Assembly: GCA_050331235.1 (NCBI GenBank)
Contig: JBHJHA010000107.1
Location: forward strand, 1 to 21,484
Length of the DNA stretch: 21,484 nt
Source of the DNA: Leptolyngbyaceae cyanobacterium
Lineage (GTDB): Bacteria > Cyanobacteriota > Cyanobacteriia > Phormidesmidales > Phormidesmidaceae
Direction of reading: 5' to 3'
This document shows positions 16,848 through 21,484 of the stretch, in pieces; position 1 is the first letter of the stretch, and each line of letters opens with the position of its first letter. Below the pieces are notes generated by a model. It saw nothing but the letters and a program-made list of their open reading frames with translations. It was not told where the DNA came from and did not search any database. The translations under genes and the position numbers were made by a program.

Positions 16848-17386
16848 TCATTCATCTTCTTCGTCTGCAGGAACGTTGAGCTGGAACTCATCGGATTTAA
16901 CTGCTTTTTTGAGTTCGCTCACTAAATCGGCACTGAGGCGATAACTGATCAGTTGCCCCCCAAACTCTTCCAAGATTTGCTTGACCGCTGGTACTGACTC
17001 AAGATCTGTAATCATGACCAGCATGGAATGGTTATGCTGCAGGGTTTCTGCCATGGCCTTGAGTTTGTCATCTGGGAACCCCACATCAACGAGCGCACTT
17101 GATGCCATCACCCCTGTAACAGCACCCATAGCGGGACTTACCACCGGAGTCAGCAAGAGAGTTACCAATCCAGCGGCGGCACCGCGCTTGAGCGAAAACT
17201 GTGACCCGCCCAACTGATGACTGAGAACTTCCTTAATTTTGATTTTGCTATCCTCAGTCTTGGTGAGAATTTGAGAATTGCGGCATCACCCCGTCGTAAC
17301 TTATCTTCCTTAACTCGCTTGAAGGTATTTTTGGCTCCGTCAGGGATGCCAAAAGCAGCCACCATCAGTTGCATCGCTTCAGACAT
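16848..17386 (-). pseudogene. DUF1269-like membrane protein frameshifted by an 8-bp duplication
   Basis: LMVAAF...DAAIL|TKTEDSKIKIKE...Gly/Ala-rich hydrophobic stretch...DVGFPDDKLKAMAETL...SMLVM. TGAGAATT x2 at 17264-17279. AGGAG RBS upstream of 17386. Confidence 0.8.
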
Positions 17387-17916
17387 GAGTCTCTCCTAAT
17401 GTTGGGGTAGAGTTTATCAAATTTGAGCTCGAGGATGACAAGCAGACAGATCACAACAACTCACGATACTGAGTTCAAAAGACTGCAGAACCAAGCCAGA
17501 TGGCTTATTTGCCTGGAGTATACCAGAGTCAAATCGCATGGAATAGCCTTGCTCTGAGCACTAAAAGCACACAGCGATACGAATTGAGTTTTCAGTAAAC
17601 CCATCTCGAACTACCAGCGATCGCTTCAAGTCTGAATAGTTGCGGGATACGCAAACACTCCGAGCCCTAAAAACTTCACTGAGATTGAGTTTCGAGGTGG
17701 CGACTACGCAGATGGACTAGATTTGGACTAATTTTCTATAGCGCTGCCGTAAGCGGGTGCATGACGGCACTCAGGCCGCTTTGAAGAGGTTAGCAAAGTC
17801 TAATACGAATTTGGTTTTGAAATGTTCCACATCAAGTCGCCTGGCATGACATTCCCGCCCAGGAAAAAGCCTCTAACAGGGTATGGCGCAGAGTTAATGA
17901 GCGCAGCGAGCCTCGC

Positions 17917-19542
17917 ATTGAAGTCGTGGACTTCAAAAGTTACCAACCCTCCTATGCAGCTCCGGCGGCCTTTATGGCCGGGCCAATCTACGACGGCGCA
18001 ACGTTTGTGGGCATTTTGGCGGTGCAAATGCCGGTGAATGAAATCAACCAGGTGCTGACGGGGGGGCGGAACTGGGAAAAAGATGGATTGGGCAAGTCTG
18101 GCGAGACTTATTTGGTGGGGCGCGATTATTTCATGCGGTCCATCTCGCGGTTCCTCTTTGAAGACAAGGCGGGCTATGAAGCGGCGCTGCGGTCAACTGG
18201 GACCCCCGCCCGCACCGTGGAGCTAATTGACCAACTGAACACTTCAATTTTGCTGCAGCGGGTGGAAACGGAAGCGGCGAAGGCGGCGATCGCCGGACAA
18301 GAGGGCACCCAAATCACCCAAGACTATCGCGGGGTGCCGGTGCTGAGTTCCTATGCGCCGCTCAACTTGCCGGGGTTGGAGTGGGGCATTTTGTCCGAGC
18401 TGGATTTGGCGGAAGCGTATCACCCGGTGTATTCGCTGCAGACGTATCTGCTCATTTCGACGGTGATTTTGATGCTGGTTTTGACTTTTGTGGCCAGCCT
18501 CATTGCCGCCAATTTTGTGAAGCCGATTGACACCCTGATTGCCGCCTCTCGTAAAGCCGAGTTGGGACAAGCTGATGCCGCTGTGATGTTTGACTCGACA
18601 GATGAATTCAGTGAGCTAGCCAGCATTTTTAATACGGTGGTGCAACGCATGCGCCAGCAAATCAACCGGGTGGAGCAGCAATATGAGGATGCGCAGGATA
18701 TTTTGCAGCGATTTTTACCGAGTGAAATTATTGTTCGCCTGACCCAAAAAGAATCTTTAATTGCGACTCAAAACCAGCAAGTGACGGTCTTATTCGCCAA
18801 GGTGGTGGGGCTGTGGCAACTGCCGGAGTCGGAAACCTCAGCTTCCCTGAATCAACCCTTGACGGAGCTGTTGCTCACCTTTAACCAGGCGGCGCAGCGC
18901 AGTGATGTGGAACCCTTTAAGTTTGCCAGCGATCGCTACATTGCCACCTGTGGCTTGACCAAACCCCGGCTCGATCATGAAAAGCGCATGCTCGATTTTG
19001 CGCTGAATCTGTTGGATCTGATCCGCACCTTTAACAGCCGTCACCAAACTCGCCTGAGTTTGAGAATTGGCATTCACACGGGGACGGTGGAGACGGCGGT
19101 GCTGGGCACTGACCAGTTGAGCTATGACCTGCTCGGCGAACCGGTGGTGATCGCCAGCGGACTGATCGATACGCCGGAAAGCAATCTCATCATTACGACG
19201 CCGTTGGTGCGCGATCGCCTCCATGGGTTTTATGACTTTCAGCCGGGCAACGGTTTGGCCCTGGAAAATCGCGCTAAAATCGACACGTGGATACTCCGCA
19301 AGGGGGCGCTGACGGACTTGATTGGCGAGCTCACCGGCGACTTATTGGACGAGTTGTCCCCTGAACCCACGGCAACTGCCCCACCATCGGCAGACACCCT
19401 GGACAACGGGGCAGCTACCCCCGCTGCTGCCGCCACCGAGGAAGAAACATCGCCCGCAACGGCTCCCGCTGCCACCAGTTCGGCATCATCCCCATTCGAT
19501 GACCTGGCAGGCGAACTCGGCATTGAGCCCTTTGACCCTTGA
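17917..19542 (+). pseudogene. 5'-truncated Cache-TM-HAMP class III nucleotide cyclase-like protein with degenerate active site
   Basis: Begins mid sensor domain (IEVVDFKSYQPSY..PAAF, GLGKSGETYLVG, DYRGVPVLSSYAPL), then TM, HAMP (KPI..L...DEF.ELA..FN) and cyclase fold (LRIGIHTG, YDLLGE). No first TM or signal; in-frame stop upstream at 17818-17820. Confidence 0.8.
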
Positions 19543-19589
19543 CCCCGTAAGCCAGCACAACCCGACGCCAAACCCCCGTGGAGACTGCG

Positions 19590-21075
19590 ATGGAATCAAT
19601 ACAAATCATTTGGGCCTGGATTTTACTGGCCGTTTTTCCAATTAGTTCGATCGCGCTGGGCGAACTCGTCTCGCGATTGCGATCGCGGAATCACCCGCTG
19701 GCCCCCACGTTTCACAGCCTGCGCGTTTGGGTGTTGCCGCCCCTCGCCATTTTACTGGTCACGCTGAAGCTATTTCAGGTGCCCGCCGACGATATCATCA
19801 TCCAACTCCTGGCCACCAGCCTCGGCGTCGCGATCGTCTACAGCCTGATTACGTTGGTGAATGGCTTGCTGGTGCCGGGCGATCGCCAGTACGACTGGCA
19901 AATCAATGTCCCCAATCTGTTATTTCAAGTGGCGCGCATGGGGGTGGTGCTCGGCATTGCCGCCTATCTATTGGCCACGGTGTGGCAAGTTGATTTGAGT
20001 CAGGTGGTTGCTGCTTTGGGGGTTGGCTCTTTGGTGATTGCCCTGGCCTTGCAAGACACCTTGAGCAACCTCGTGTCGGGATTTTTGCTCATTTTTGAGT
20101 CTCCTTTCAAGTCGGCGACTGGGTGCGCATCAACGATGTGGAAGGCGAAGTCTTGGAAGTCAACTGGCGGGCCGTGCGGCTCAAAACCCCAGACTAAGAC
20201 GTGGTAATTATTCCCAATGGCGTGCTGGGCCAAGAAACCATTTATAACTACACGCTGCTCTATCCAATCCATGGCGATCGCATCACCTTCACCTTTTCCA
20301 ATGAAGAAGCGCCGAATCGCGTGATTCCCGTGCTCCGTGCCGCTGTCCTCTCGGTCGAAGGCATTGAAGCCGACCCCGAACCCGAAGTCCGCCCCCTGCA
20401 GTTTGGCGATCATCAGGCGGAGTACGAAGTGCAATACTGCATCGCGGACTTCACAAAGGCCGACACCATTCAGGGCAAGTTTATTACCAACGTCTACTAC
20501 GCCGCCAAACGCCATCAGCTGAAGCTACCCGTGCCCGCTGAAAAACGCATCGTGTTGCCCCATGACCCCGCCACCGCTCAGGATACCTGCCCAATATCTA
20601 GAATGCCCTCGCCGCCCTGCCCATCTTTCGAGTGCTGGATGAAACAGTGCTCAACACCTTGGCCCAGCAGGCCGCGATCAAATATTACGGCGCGGATGAA
20701 ACCATTGTGGAAGTGGGGGACTTTGATGAAGGCGTCGGCATTTTGCTGAAGGGACAGGTGGTGCTCGCCAGCCCCGGCCCTGACGGCAGCGCCTGCGTGA
20801 TTACGTATCTGGAGGCGGGCGACCTGTTTGGTGAAATGGCCCTGCTGCCCAATGAACCGAGCCTGGTTTCCGTGACGGCGCTGCAGGATATTGAACTGGT
20901 GGTGTTGAGCGGCGATGCGGTCTTCAACGTTGCCCAGCAACACTCTAACTTTGCGTTGGAAATGACTCGCTTTATTGATGAGCGCAAGAAAATGATTCAG
21001 CGGTCAACCCAGTCAAATCTCGGCACCCTAGCCGCTGACTCGTCCCAGACGGCTAACCTCACCGCGACCAACTAA
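19590..21075 (+). pseudogene. MscS-family channel with C-terminal cNMP-binding domain (bCNG-like), disrupted
   Basis: ALGVGSLVIALALQDTLSNLVSG, PFK(V)GDWV, VIIPNG, and cNMP domain LEAGDLFGEMALL. Frameshifts near 20111 and 20583; in-frame TAA 20195-20197 and TAG 20599-20601. Confidence 0.9.
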
Positions 21076-21166
21076 GTTCTAAAGTAGTGAATCTGTGGTG
21101 AGTGATTGCCACTATCGGAATACACCTCAAAGGCAAAATTTCTGTTCAGGGGAAGGATCTTCAAAA

Positions 21167-21484
21167 ATGCCCAATAGAGATCAGCTTGAATTGCTTTTCC
21201 AGGGAGCAGAAGTATGGAATCTTTGGAGAGAGCAGAATCCTGAGGTTGAAATAGATCTTAGTGATGCTTCACTACATCGTACGGAACTGTATAAAGTGAA
21301 CTTGAAGGGGGCCAATCTTAAAGGAGTTCATTTCTATCGAACTATTTTGAGAGAAGCCAATTTATCTGGTGCAAATCTTCAAAATTCTACTTTTGATGGA
21401 GCATTTCTCTATGACGCTAACCTTGAAAAGGCAGATTTATCAGGAAGTATCCTCTGAGGAGATTTAATTCATAGAGCAGATTTG
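21167..21484 (+). pseudogene. Pentapeptide repeat protein, probably interrupted by premature TGA (21455-21457) and continuing off the window
   Basis: MPNRDQLELLFQGAEVWNLWRE leader, then A(N/D)Lxx repeats. The frame continues GDLIHRADL after the stop. Confidence 0.7.

Larger units (their letters stand above)
183..20281. repeat. Dispersed HIP1 octamers (GCGATCGC), >20 copies; span is first to last copy noted
   Basis: Manual count, e.g. near 183, 1266, 3138, 4513, 6190, 8691, 11663, 15059, 15095, 19211, 20274. Fewer than one copy is expected by chance in 21 kb. HIP1 is a hallmark of cyanobacterial genomes. Confidence 0.95.

Noticed and set aside
17789..17900. Integron attC site (CTCTAAC / GTTAGC / GTTAATG)
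   Set aside because: No convincing L boxes or paired stem, no cassette array and no integrase.
18244..20987. Multiple minus-strand ORFs (e.g. 18838-19224, 20000-20515, 20578-20943)
   Set aside because: Antisense shadows expected in GC-rich coding DNA.
11966..21457. Stop-codon reassignment or programmed readthrough explaining in-frame stops
   Set aside because: All three stop types occur internally, all three also end intact genes, and several affected genes also have frameshifts.

Overview
Cyanobacterial DNA: more than 20 copies of the HIP1 octamer GCGATCGC by manual count, and a tRNA-Ala(CGC) with HIP1 in its anticodon arm. The left 4.3 kb carries four intact + strand genes (PhyH-like 2OG-Fe(II) dioxygenase, SAM methyltransferase, pirin, gluconokinase). 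These are followed by a degenerate partial tRNA-Ala copy and the intact tRNA-Ala. The remaining ~17 kb looks like a mosaic, decaying accessory region. It holds a spondin-domain protein / ECF sigma / RskA-type anti-sigma module, small detox-type genes, a TetR-cytochrome P450 pair, a TMEM175-family channel, two uncharacterised secreted proteins, a DUF1269 gene, a degenerate HAMP-cyclase paired with an MscS-cNMP channel, and a pentapeptide-repeat gene. At least six genes there are disrupted by nonsense codons (mostly compatible with C>T changes), 1-nt frameshifts, an 8-bp duplication or a 5' truncation. I saw no CRISPR array, integrase or transposase. All family calls come from motif recognition by eye; no searches were run.
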